Virus record (IMG/VR): IMGVR_UViG_3300014050_000060
Span: 1 to 40,759 of that record
From: a virus
Lineage: Duplodnaviria; Caudoviricetes
Length of the DNA: 40,759 bases
Strand: one strand, 5' to 3'
Numbering within the stretch: the first letter of the stretch is position 1; each line of letters starts with the position of its first letter. Below are positions 26,080-34,171 of this stretch, piece after piece. The notes under the pieces are model-generated. The model was not told the DNA's origin. It made no database searches and saw only the letters and a list, made by a program, of their open reading frames with translations. A program made the position numbers and the translations under genes.

Positions 26080-26860
26080 GTTTGGGGACCTAGATCCACC
26101 GATCAAAAGGCCACACCCGCAGCGTGGTAGCCATTATCCCAGCATTGAGACCATTGGCTATGCCAGTATCAAAGATCAGAACCTCGAAGAAAAGGATGAG
26201 ATGCCGCAGGCTTCTCGGCCCGCAGTGCATAAAAAGCAAACCATACCTAGAAATACAACTCGACATGATCCCAATTATAAACTTTTATACAAGTACACTG
26301 GCAGCGACGCTAATGTTTGGAATAATGTTCTACATCGTCATTACAGACAACAACGACACGGTAAAAGTCACTACAGTAAAATAAACCAGGTTGACCAATA
26401 CCTACAAAAATTTCCTCTACAACAAAATCTTAAAGTTTATACTGGTATTCCCGAAAGCCCGTCTAGGGTTTGGGAAAAGTATGGTGCTGATGTAAGAAAA
26501 CCTGTTAGAGTTCATCTCCCGGCCTATACTAGCACAACCACCAATTATACAATTGCTTATGTTAATTTTGCCAGAGAAGATCGTATATCTCCTCAAGACC
26601 ATCCTGCTAGAAACATTAACTCTGTGAGTTTTCCAGTTTACACGGGTCTGCATATATTACATATCACAGTGCCCAAAGGTTATCCGGCATTGAGTCTAGT
26701 AGATGTCAGCAGATATGGTGACGAGGAAGAAGAAATACTACTACCTCGTGGCCTAGACATTGAAATTGATCCAAGACCATATATAAAATCAACGCCGGGA
26801 CGACCTGGCATCGTTTGGTTTGCCAAAGTAGTGGGACATAACCCAGTGGTGTTAACATGA
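26066..26860 (+). CDS. ADP-ribosyltransferase (Alt/VIP2-like)
   Basis: KYTG...NNVL, LKVYTG, AYTSTT, ILHITVPKG, EEEILLPRG. Confidence 0.75.
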   Translation: MRISEFGDLDPPIKRPHPQRGSHYPSIETIGYASIKDQNLEEKDEMPQASRPAVHKKQTIPRNTTRHDPNYKLLYKYTGSDANVWNNVLHRHYRQQRHGKSHYSKINQVDQYLQKFPLQQNLKVYTGIPESPSRVWEKYGADVRKPVRVHLPAYTSTTTNYTIAYVNFAREDRISPQDHPARNINSVSFPVYTGLHILHITVPKGYPALSLVDVSRYGDEEEEILLPRGLDIEIDPRPYIKSTPGRPGIVWFAKVVGHNPVVLT

Positions 26861-27051
26861 GAGCCCGGGAATTTGTCACAGAAAACTTTGCGGATGGCCG
26901 AAAGCCTGGTCGTAAGGGACTGGCCAAACGCCTAGGAGTGCCAACCAAGGCCAGTGTTAGCAAACTGAGACAGATAGCCAAGAACAGTACCGGCGAGCGA
27001 GCTCGTATGGCGCATTGGTTAGCAAATATGAAGTCGGGCCAAAATAAATAA
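26857..27051 (+). CDS. Small basic hypothetical protein
   Basis: 64 aa, MRAREFVTE start, ATGA-type overlap. Confidence 0.8.
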   Translation: MRAREFVTENFADGRKPGRKGLAKRLGVPTKASVSKLRQIAKNSTGERARMAHWLANMKSGQNK

Positions 27052-27054
27052 TCT

Positions 27055-27753
27055 ATGCCACAAGATTATACAAAAGGTAATGTAGCCTACAACTCAGAAC
27101 TAGCACCCGAAGCCTGGAGCAAGGATCAGCTACGCACAGAGGTACGTTATAAATTACTTCGTGCGGCCAAGTTTTTTATAGATCAACTCGAAATACCGGG
27201 TTTTCGTGTTTTTGATGTAGTGCTGACCGGTAGCATGGCCAACTATAACTATACCAAATACAGCGACTTTGATGTACATGTGGTCACAAGATACAGCGAT
27301 TTAGAGTGCGACGACCTAGCTGAAGAATTTTATCAAGCCAAAAAGAAAATTTGGAATGATAATCATGATATTATCGTACGCGGGCACGAAGTTGAACTTT
27401 ATGTAGAAGATGTTGATCAACCACCGGTATCGGCTGGGATCTATAGTTTATTGACAGGCGTTTGGGTTAAACAGCCTGAGTTTCGTCGCCCAGGAATAGA
27501 TGATCGCGCAGTAAACCTTAAGGTTGAAGATTTGATTATGAAAATAAACAAAACTATTCAACATGCCGATGATCCCGAAGATATTACCAAACTATTTGCC
27601 AAGTTGAGAAAAATGCGCCAAAGCGGACTAGATCAAGGTGGAGAATACAGCGTAGAAAATCTCAGTTATAAAATTCTACGTAATTTAGGCTATTTGGATC
27701 GTTTGAGTCGAGCTAGGCAAGACCAACAAGACCAAGACTTGAGTCTGCATTGA
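27055..27753 (+). CDS. Pol-beta superfamily nucleotidyltransferase
   Basis: LTGSMANYNY...SDFDVH...VELYVED (GS plus DxD plus third acidic residue). Confidence 0.8.
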   Translation: MPQDYTKGNVAYNSELAPEAWSKDQLRTEVRYKLLRAAKFFIDQLEIPGFRVFDVVLTGSMANYNYTKYSDFDVHVVTRYSDLECDDLAEEFYQAKKKIWNDNHDIIVRGHEVELYVEDVDQPPVSAGIYSLLTGVWVKQPEFRRPGIDDRAVNLKVEDLIMKINKTIQHADDPEDITKLFAKLRKMRQSGLDQGGEYSVENLSYKILRNLGYLDRLSRARQDQQDQDLSLH

Positions 27754-27884
27754 TGCCTTGGTACATACATTTATACCACGCTATATGGTTATTGGCCGTA
27801 TTGAGCATGGGATATTTTATCAGTTGGTGGCTAAGTCTGTTAGTACTGGCAGGAATCGTCTGGTACGGTTTGTTTTATGTCTAA
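27753..27884 (+). CDS. 43-aa hydrophobic membrane microprotein
   Basis: TGATG overlap with the NTase stop: MPWYIHLYHAIWLLAVLSMGYFISWWLSLLVLAGIVWYGLFYV*. Below the ORF-track cutoff. Confidence 0.65.
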   Translation: MPWYIHLYHAIWLLAVLSMGYFISWWLSLLVLAGIVWYGLFYV

Positions 27885-27914
27885 TAAATACACTAAATCT
27901 CATAGGACAGTGTT

Positions 27915-28901
27915 ATGAAAATTACCGATGTAGTCAGCGAAGCTGCCAGTCCGGCTCAACAGGCAGCCATCGCCCTGGCAATGAAACGTGCAGGCAAAAA
28001 GCCTAAAAACGAAACTACTGTTGGTCCAAAATTTACAGGATATTTTAAAGGAACCGACCGTCCACCTGTCGGTAAAAGAATGGTAGGCGGCGAAAGTATC
28101 AACCCCGGTGATCGTGTGCGTACCAGATCAATGAGTCACAGTGGCATAGTAGAAAGTGTAGAATTACATAGGCCCTTTGGCGAGTTGGCAGTATATTTTA
28201 GAACTCCTGATAATCAATTGCTGCGTACTCCAATTAATAACACCATAAGAATTCCCTTAGATGAAGCCACTGGTATAGCCAGCAATGCCAATTATAGCCC
28301 AGTGGGTGAATATAAAAATTATCCTTTGTATGTGATCAATCGTCCATTTAATAACAAATATATAGCAGTGGCAGAAATTGGTCGCGAAGAACACAGAGCA
28401 GCTGGATCTAGCAAAAACAATGCTGTACAAGCCATTAAAGACAAAATTGATTTTTTTCTAAATGCACAACAAAAAGTTTCAGCTGACGCCAGCATAGACT
28501 TTAATAAAAAATTTGTCACAGATATTTTGGCAAGTCCACGCGAAAAGTTCTATGCCAAAATAGTCAACCTAGAGGGTCAACCCAAATTGGTGTTGGCCGG
28601 CACAGACATGTTGACTTTTGGACGCGAATTGGCCCAATTGGGGTTCAAGCCCAGTGCTCTTAGGGTAGATCCAGAAAATCCCGATTCTACTCCGCTACCG
28701 GGCATCAGCTACACCAAAAACCAAATGTCAGGTCTGGGATTAATTGCCAATGGCCGATACACCATTGGTTCAATGTCCACTGACCCCGATGGCAATAGAA
28801 TATTCGATCTCAAATACGACAGCACAGCACATACCAGCAGTGATAAAATGCGATTGCCAGTCCCGGCTATCACCGTCGGAACAAGGCGAGTCAGTGCCTG
28901 A
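27915..28901 (+). CDS. Modular hypothetical protein (putative head-packaged)
   Basis: MKITDVVSEA start; SH3/KOW-like INPGDRVR segment; TAAATA at 27885. Confidence 0.8.
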   Translation: MKITDVVSEAASPAQQAAIALAMKRAGKKPKNETTVGPKFTGYFKGTDRPPVGKRMVGGESINPGDRVRTRSMSHSGIVESVELHRPFGELAVYFRTPDNQLLRTPINNTIRIPLDEATGIASNANYSPVGEYKNYPLYVINRPFNNKYIAVAEIGREEHRAAGSSKNNAVQAIKDKIDFFLNAQQKVSADASIDFNKKFVTDILASPREKFYAKIVNLEGQPKLVLAGTDMLTFGRELAQLGFKPSALRVDPENPDSTPLPGISYTKNQMSGLGLIANGRYTIGSMSTDPDGNRIFDLKYDSTAHTSSDKMRLPVPAITVGTRRVSA

Positions 28902-28968
28902 TATAAAAAACTGTCTTGACAACAACTATGTAAATTCAAAATCAACGCATTATCGGGAGCAGTAATTT

Positions 28969-29388
28969 ATGCGTAATTATATTAGAATCGTTGAAGCAGC
29001 CAGTCGTGGCTGTCCCCGTGCCACCCACGACATTGATCTGAATTTAAAAAACCGACAGCGTGCAATAGACAAATATCACTATGGCCCAGCCAACCCCGAC
29101 AAACCCGATGCTTACTGGCAAGAGGTTGCCAAAAGATGGAACATTACAGAAAAAATTGCCAGGACAATGACCTGTTCAAACTGTTCGGCGTTTGATGTAA
29201 GCGATGTGATGCGATCCTGTATAGAATCAGGCATCAAAGGAGATGAGCCGGCAACAGATGCCATGGCCAGCATACACAAGGCCGATCTGGGCTATTGTAA
29301 TTTTCATGCCTTTAAATGCGCCGGAAGTAGATCATGTACTAGTTGGATCACTGGTGGTGCCATTGACAACAAAGATCGAACAAAGTGA
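28969..29388 (+). CDS. Cys-rich putative metal-binding protein
   Basis: CSNCSAF...GYC...FKC...RSCTSW; GGGAG SD. Confidence 0.75.
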   Translation: MRNYIRIVEAASRGCPRATHDIDLNLKNRQRAIDKYHYGPANPDKPDAYWQEVAKRWNITEKIARTMTCSNCSAFDVSDVMRSCIESGIKGDEPATDAMASIHKADLGYCNFHAFKCAGSRSCTSWITGGAIDNKDRTK

Positions 29389-29996
29389 TGTTTTTGATCA
29401 ATTCAATTGAATTTTTTGTCGATCCCAGTATCAATCAAATTATAGATCCAAAATTTATATTGGATCCCCGAGCAGTTGATTTTTTTGACAAAGATGGCTA
29501 TGAACTGACCGATCTTGAACAACATTACTATAGGGCGCAGGGACTGGCTGTTAGACACTATACTGCCAATCACCCAGGACTGTTTCAGACTTGGATCACT
29601 GTCGATCATGAATATCTGAGCATAGATCATAGTTGTGCCATGCACAGATGCAATTTTACAGGCGCTGCCCGAGAACAGTTATTAGAGTATCGTAGTCAAA
29701 ATCCCAGACTAGGCTGGCTATTGACCTCAAGGCAAAAATGGGGACTGGATCTTGACATAGACTACTGTGATCAAGATATCGCACTGGAAGTCATTCATTT
29801 AGAATGGGACAGCTACGACGCGGCAACCGCAGAAGAACAACGTAGCTGTGCCGAACAACTGGTATTGGCCACTGACTGGATCGATGCTGCTCATCAAATT
29901 TGGCGTCATAGAGACCAATGGCAAAATCTAACCGGTTGGTATGCACAGGCTCATTGGAAGGCCAAATACTTTGGCTTGGCCAGGCCTTGGTACTAA
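29385..29996 (+). CDS. Hypothetical protein
   Basis: 203-aa ORF overlapping the previous stop. Confidence 0.75.
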   Translation: MMFLINSIEFFVDPSINQIIDPKFILDPRAVDFFDKDGYELTDLEQHYYRAQGLAVRHYTANHPGLFQTWITVDHEYLSIDHSCAMHRCNFTGAAREQLLEYRSQNPRLGWLLTSRQKWGLDLDIDYCDQDIALEVIHLEWDSYDAATAEEQRSCAEQLVLATDWIDAAHQIWRHRDQWQNLTGWYAQAHWKAKYFGLARPWY

Positions 29997-30004
29997 ATAA
30001 CCAT

Positions 30005-30114
30005 TATCGGTCAACTGCTATACAGTAGAGTCAATGTTCTCTACTGTCTGAGGTCGGCCAAATTGAACACTAATGTCTCTTGCATTTTGCTGCAAAATAC
30101 TGTACATTAGTGTT
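30005..30114 (+). ncRNA. Candidate structured small RNA / regulatory leader
   Basis: Follows TAAATA at 29994. Contains a 9-bp stem (30022-30030/30039-30047) and an 11-bp inverted repeat (30066-30076/30104-30114). Confidence 0.3.
30080..30108 (+). promoter_or_regulatory. Sigma70-like promoter of replication operon
   Basis: TTGCAT-17 nt-TACATT; GAGGAG SD before ATG 30133. Confidence 0.6.
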
Positions 30115-30132
30115 TTATAACGAGGAGACTCT

Positions 30133-30393
30133 ATGAGTGACCGCATGTTTAGTGCCGAGCAAAAGCTCAAACTAACACAAATCATTAACGAAGGCATTCA
30201 GGTCATGACCGAAATTGATGATCTCAATGCCGGGCTTAACGACACTGTCAAGTCCGTGGCCGAGGAATTAGAAATTAAGCCGGCCATATTAAAAAAAGCC
30301 ATCCGTATCGCAGCCAAGAGCAAATTAGGCGAAACCAATCGTGACAACCAAGATTTAAACACTATCTTAGAAACAGTTGGTAGAACTCTGTGA
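30133..30393 (+). CDS. DsbA/GapR-like dsDNA-binding protein
   Basis: 86-aa helical protein with a LNDTVKSVAEELEIKPAILKKAIRIA pattern typical of the T4 DsbA family. Confidence 0.55.
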   Translation: MSDRMFSAEQKLKLTQIINEGIQVMTEIDDLNAGLNDTVKSVAEELEIKPAILKKAIRIAAKSKLGETNRDNQDLNTILETVGRTL

Positions 30394-30683
30394 ATGATGG
30401 TGTTGCTGGTATATTTGAATGGATCAAAAGCGATTATCGATCAAATCCTGGAAGATTTGCTATCGAGGTACTGTCTTGGGCAATCAGTATTGGCTGTGCC
30501 ACTACAATGGCCGTGACTGTGCCTAATCCACCATTGATTGTATTATATCCCCTATGGATCAGTGGCTGTGCCATGTATGCCTGGGCCAGCTACTCGAGAA
30601 AATCTTTTGGCCTGTTGGCCAATTATCTACTGCTGACCACCATTGACAGCGTCGGTCTTATAAGGATACTATTGGCAAAATGA
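30390..30683 (+). CDS. Small 3-TM membrane protein
   Basis: Three hydrophobic segments; overlaps both neighbours. Confidence 0.75.
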   Translation: MNDGVAGIFEWIKSDYRSNPGRFAIEVLSWAISIGCATTMAVTVPNPPLIVLYPLWISGCAMYAWASYSRKSFGLLANYLLLTTIDSVGLIRILLAK

Positions 30684-33334
30684 GCTATATAGACGCACTC
30701 TACAGTAGAGAAGACAATAAAATTTATGTGGTCGAACGTGTTGCAGGCCAACGTGTTTACCGTGATTATCCTGCAGAATATAGATTCTATTATGATGATC
30801 CCAGAGGCAAATTTCGTACCATTTATGGCACTAGTGTGAGTAGATTTAGCACTAGAAATTACAAAGAGTTTGTTCGAGAACTTAAAATGCATTCAAATCG
30901 CCAACTCTGGGAAAGTGATTTGAAGCCAGTTTTTCGTTGTCTGGAGGAAAACTATCTAGGCCAAGATGCTCCACGGTTGCACACAGCATTCTTTGACATC
31001 GAAGTTGACTTCGATCCTGTGCGTGGTTTTAGTCTGCCCGAAGATCCGTTCAATCCCATCACTGCTATTTCCATATATCTAGATTGGATGGATCGATTGG
31101 TCACACTGGTTTTGCCTCCCGAGACCATATCACAGCAAAGAGCCAAGGAGTTGACCAGTCAGTATGAGCACTGTTTTCTATTTGATCGCGAAGAAGATCT
31201 TATACAGACTTTTTTCGACTTGATTGATGACGCAGACATATTGTCGGGCTGGAACTCGGAAGGCTTTGATATCCCTTATATGGTCATGCGTACCAGACAG
31301 GTTTTGAGCAAAGATGATACTCGCAGGTTTTGTCTTTGGGGTCAGTTTCCCAAACAACGAACGTTTGAACGCTTTGGTGCCGACCATATAACCTTTGATC
31401 TCGTTGGCCGTGTGCACATGGATTATATGCAGCTCTACAGAAAGTATACCTACGAAGAGCGCCATAGCTATAGTCTAGATGCCATTGGTGAATATGAATT
31501 AGATGAACGCAAAATTCAGTATGAAGGTACCCTGGATCAACTGTACAATCGTGATTTCAAGACCTTTGTAGACTATAATAGACAGGATACCATGCTGTTG
31601 GCCAAGTTGGACCAAAAACTGCGATTTCTTGATCTGGCCAATGAACTGGCACACGACAACACAGTGTTGTTGCCTACCACAATGGGCGCAGTGGCAGTCA
31701 CAGAACAGGCCATTATCAACGAAGCTCATAGTATGGGTTTAATAGTTCAAAACAGGAGGTCCACAGATGGTGACACACAAGCGGCAGGTGCCTATGTTGC
31801 TACGCCCAAAAGAGGCATGCACGAATACATCGGAGCAATCGACATCAACAGTCTCTACCCGTCGGCGATCCGCGCTCTTAACATGGCGCCAGAAACCATT
31901 GTGGGACAACTTAGACCCACCCACACAGAAAAGTACATAAGTGAAAAAATCTCTGCCGGCAGCAGTTTTGCCGATGCCTGGGAAGGTCTGTTTGGTAGTC
32001 TAGAATATACCATGATCATGAATCAGGAACCTGGGCGAGAAATTGTCATTGACTGGGAAACCGGTGGATCCGACACCATGATGGCTCGCGATATCTATAG
32101 ATTGATATTTGAGGGACGAGAACCCTGGATCCTGAGTGCCAATGGTACTATCTTCAAATATGATACCAAGGGCATTGTGCCCGGACTTCTAGAACGTTGG
32201 TATTTGGAACGCCAAGAGCTTCAGGCCAAGAAAAAAGCCGCTGGCACCACCGAAGAGAGAGCCTTCTGGGACAAACGTCAACTGGTAAAAAAGATCAATT
32301 TAAATTCACTTTATGGTGCAATTTTGAATCCCGGGTGCAGATTCTACGACAAACGTATTGGTCAGAGCACTACTTTGACCGGTCGTGCTATTGCTCGTCA
32401 CATGGACAGCCATGTGAATGAATGCATTACCGGAGAGTACGATCATGTGGGGTCAGCCATCATCTACGGTGACACAGATTCGGTCTATTTCTCGGCTTAT
32501 CCTGCACTTAAAAAAGAAATCGATGCCGGCACCATGACATGGAATCGAGACATCTGCGTGGCTCTCTATGATAGCGTAGCCGAATCGGTCAATGCCAGCT
32601 TTCCAGGTTTTATGGAACAAGCATTTAACTGTCCTAGAGACATGGGATGTATAATTCGTGGTGGTCGAGAACTGGTAGGCAGCAAAGGTCTTTTTATCAA
32701 GAAAAAACGTTATGCAATTTTAATCTATGAACTGGAAGGCACCAGGCTCGACGTCAATGACCGACCCGGCAAGGTCAAGGCCATGGGTCTGGATCTCAAG
32801 CGATCAGACACTCCCAAGATTGTACAGGACTTTTTAAGTGAACTGCTGTTAAAGGTCTTGACAGGTTCAGGACCTGACTATGTTCATAACCGTGTTAGAG
32901 AATTCAAACAACAGTTTCAACAGCGCCCAGCCTGGGAAAAAGGCACGCCCAAGCGTGTGAATAATTTAACTCATTACACTGAGCTAGAAGCTAAAAAGGG
33001 TCGTGCAAACATGCCCGGACATGTTCGGGCAGCGATGAATTGGAACGCACTAAGACGTATGCACTCGGACAACTACAGCATGGCCATTGTTGATGGCATG
33101 AAAACCATTGTTTGTAAACTCAAACCCAATCCACTGGGCTACACCAGTGTGGGCTATCCCACAGACGAAACACACATACCCGATTGGTTCAAGCAGTTGC
33201 CCTTTGACGATGGACTCATGGAAGATACCATTGTGGATCAAAAAGTTGAAAACCTACTGGGCGTGTTAGAATGGGACATTGGTGGACACACCAACATTAA
33301 AACTACTTTTGACGATTTTTTTAGTGTAGAATAA
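30680..33334 (+). CDS. Family B DNA polymerase with 3'-5' exonuclease
   Basis: FFDIEVD, GWNSEGFDIPY, YNRQD, DINSLYPS, KKINLNSLYG, YGDTDS, KKRY. Confidence 0.97.
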   Translation: MSYIDALYSREDNKIYVVERVAGQRVYRDYPAEYRFYYDDPRGKFRTIYGTSVSRFSTRNYKEFVRELKMHSNRQLWESDLKPVFRCLEENYLGQDAPRLHTAFFDIEVDFDPVRGFSLPEDPFNPITAISIYLDWMDRLVTLVLPPETISQQRAKELTSQYEHCFLFDREEDLIQTFFDLIDDADILSGWNSEGFDIPYMVMRTRQVLSKDDTRRFCLWGQFPKQRTFERFGADHITFDLVGRVHMDYMQLYRKYTYEERHSYSLDAIGEYELDERKIQYEGTLDQLYNRDFKTFVDYNRQDTMLLAKLDQKLRFLDLANELAHDNTVLLPTTMGAVAVTEQAIINEAHSMGLIVQNRRSTDGDTQAAGAYVATPKRGMHEYIGAIDINSLYPSAIRALNMAPETIVGQLRPTHTEKYISEKISAGSSFADAWEGLFGSLEYTMIMNQEPGREIVIDWETGGSDTMMARDIYRLIFEGREPWILSANGTIFKYDTKGIVPGLLERWYLERQELQAKKKAAGTTEERAFWDKRQLVKKINLNSLYGAILNPGCRFYDKRIGQSTTLTGRAIARHMDSHVNECITGEYDHVGSAIIYGDTDSVYFSAYPALKKEIDAGTMTWNRDICVALYDSVAESVNASFPGFMEQAFNCPRDMGCIIRGGRELVGSKGLFIKKKRYAILIYELEGTRLDVNDRPGKVKAMGLDLKRSDTPKIVQDFLSELLLKVLTGSGPDYVHNRVREFKQQFQQRPAWEKGTPKRVNNLTHYTELEAKKGRANMPGHVRAAMNWNALRRMHSDNYSMAIVDGMKTIVCKLKPNPLGYTSVGYPTDETHIPDWFKQLPFDDGLMEDTIVDQKVENLLGVLEWDIGGHTNIKTTFDDFFSVE

Positions 33335-33348
33335 TTTTGTCAAAAGAC

Positions 33349-33377
33349 TTGCTAGGTCTAAATAAATCTTATATAAT
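33349..33377 (+). promoter_or_regulatory. Composite promoter: sigma70-like with embedded GGTCTAAATA
   Basis: TTGCTA-GGTCTAAATAAATCTTA-TATAAT. Confidence 0.65.
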
Positions 33378-33396
33378 TTCACTAAAGGAAAAAAAT

Positions 33397-34131
33397 ATGA
33401 AAGACGCACTACACGATATTGTACAACATACCATTGGGATTGGTATCGATCTCATTAAAGTCACAGGCACCGACCAAACTACAGAAATCAATGCAGCTGC
33501 CGAAGACCGCAGTGTGATTCTTGATGTTAAATTTCATCAGGTTATTCCTGAGTTTGTTGGTCTGTTTGGTATGCCAAACCTTAATAAATTAAAAATTATT
33601 TTGGATATTCCTGAATACCGGGAAGATGCCAAGTTAAGTATTACCAGACAACACGATCCCGAAGGCAATTTGGTACCCAGTGGCATTAATTTTGAAAATA
33701 AAATTGGTGACTTTAAGAACAACTATCGTTTTATGGTAGCTAATATAGTTACAGAAAAACTCAAAACAGTTAAGTTTCGCGGTGTCAATGCCTGGGACGT
33801 AGAAGTTGATCCACCAGTGGCCAGTATTCAAAGAATGCGTTTTCAGAGTCAGGCCAACAGCGAGGAAACCACGTTTGTGGCCAAGACCAATGGCAACAAA
33901 TTGGAATTTTATTTTGGAGATCGTAGCAGTCATGCTGGAGATTTCGTGTTTTATCAAGGCATCACAGGCAAGCTCAGCAGTGACCGTCTATGGCCGGTGG
34001 GCATTTTTCTAACTATTTTAAACTTGCCCGGTGATAAAATGATCAAGTTCAGTGATCAAGGTGTCAGTCAAATCACAGTTGATTCCGGCCTAGCTCTCTA
34101 CAGCTACACTATTCCTGCACTGCAAAAATGA
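33397..34131 (+). CDS. Putative DNA sliding clamp (gp45/PCNA-like)
   Basis: About 244 aa, directly after the polymerase, beta-rich, ending YSYTIPA. A clamp loader is present elsewhere in the window. ATG 33397 has an AAGGA SD. Confidence 0.6.
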   Translation: MKDALHDIVQHTIGIGIDLIKVTGTDQTTEINAAAEDRSVILDVKFHQVIPEFVGLFGMPNLNKLKIILDIPEYREDAKLSITRQHDPEGNLVPSGINFENKIGDFKNNYRFMVANIVTEKLKTVKFRGVNAWDVEVDPPVASIQRMRFQSQANSEETTFVAKTNGNKLEFYFGDRSSHAGDFVFYQGITGKLSSDRLWPVGIFLTILNLPGDKMIKFSDQGVSQITVDSGLALYSYTIPALQK

Positions 34132-34171
34132 TTGTCTATATCATAGACATTTTAGTTGCCCAGAGTACCAG

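Noticed and set aside
27758-28006. 82-aa ORF from the track
   Set aside because: It overlaps ORF 27915 and its promoter; the coupled 43-aa ORF 27753-27884 fits the gap better.
28916-28945. TTGACA as sigma70 promoter
   Set aside because: No acceptable -10 hexamer at 16-18 nt spacing.
30680-33334. Intein or intron in the DNA polymerase
   Set aside because: The ORF is continuous and of normal length, with all motifs present and no intein splice motifs seen.
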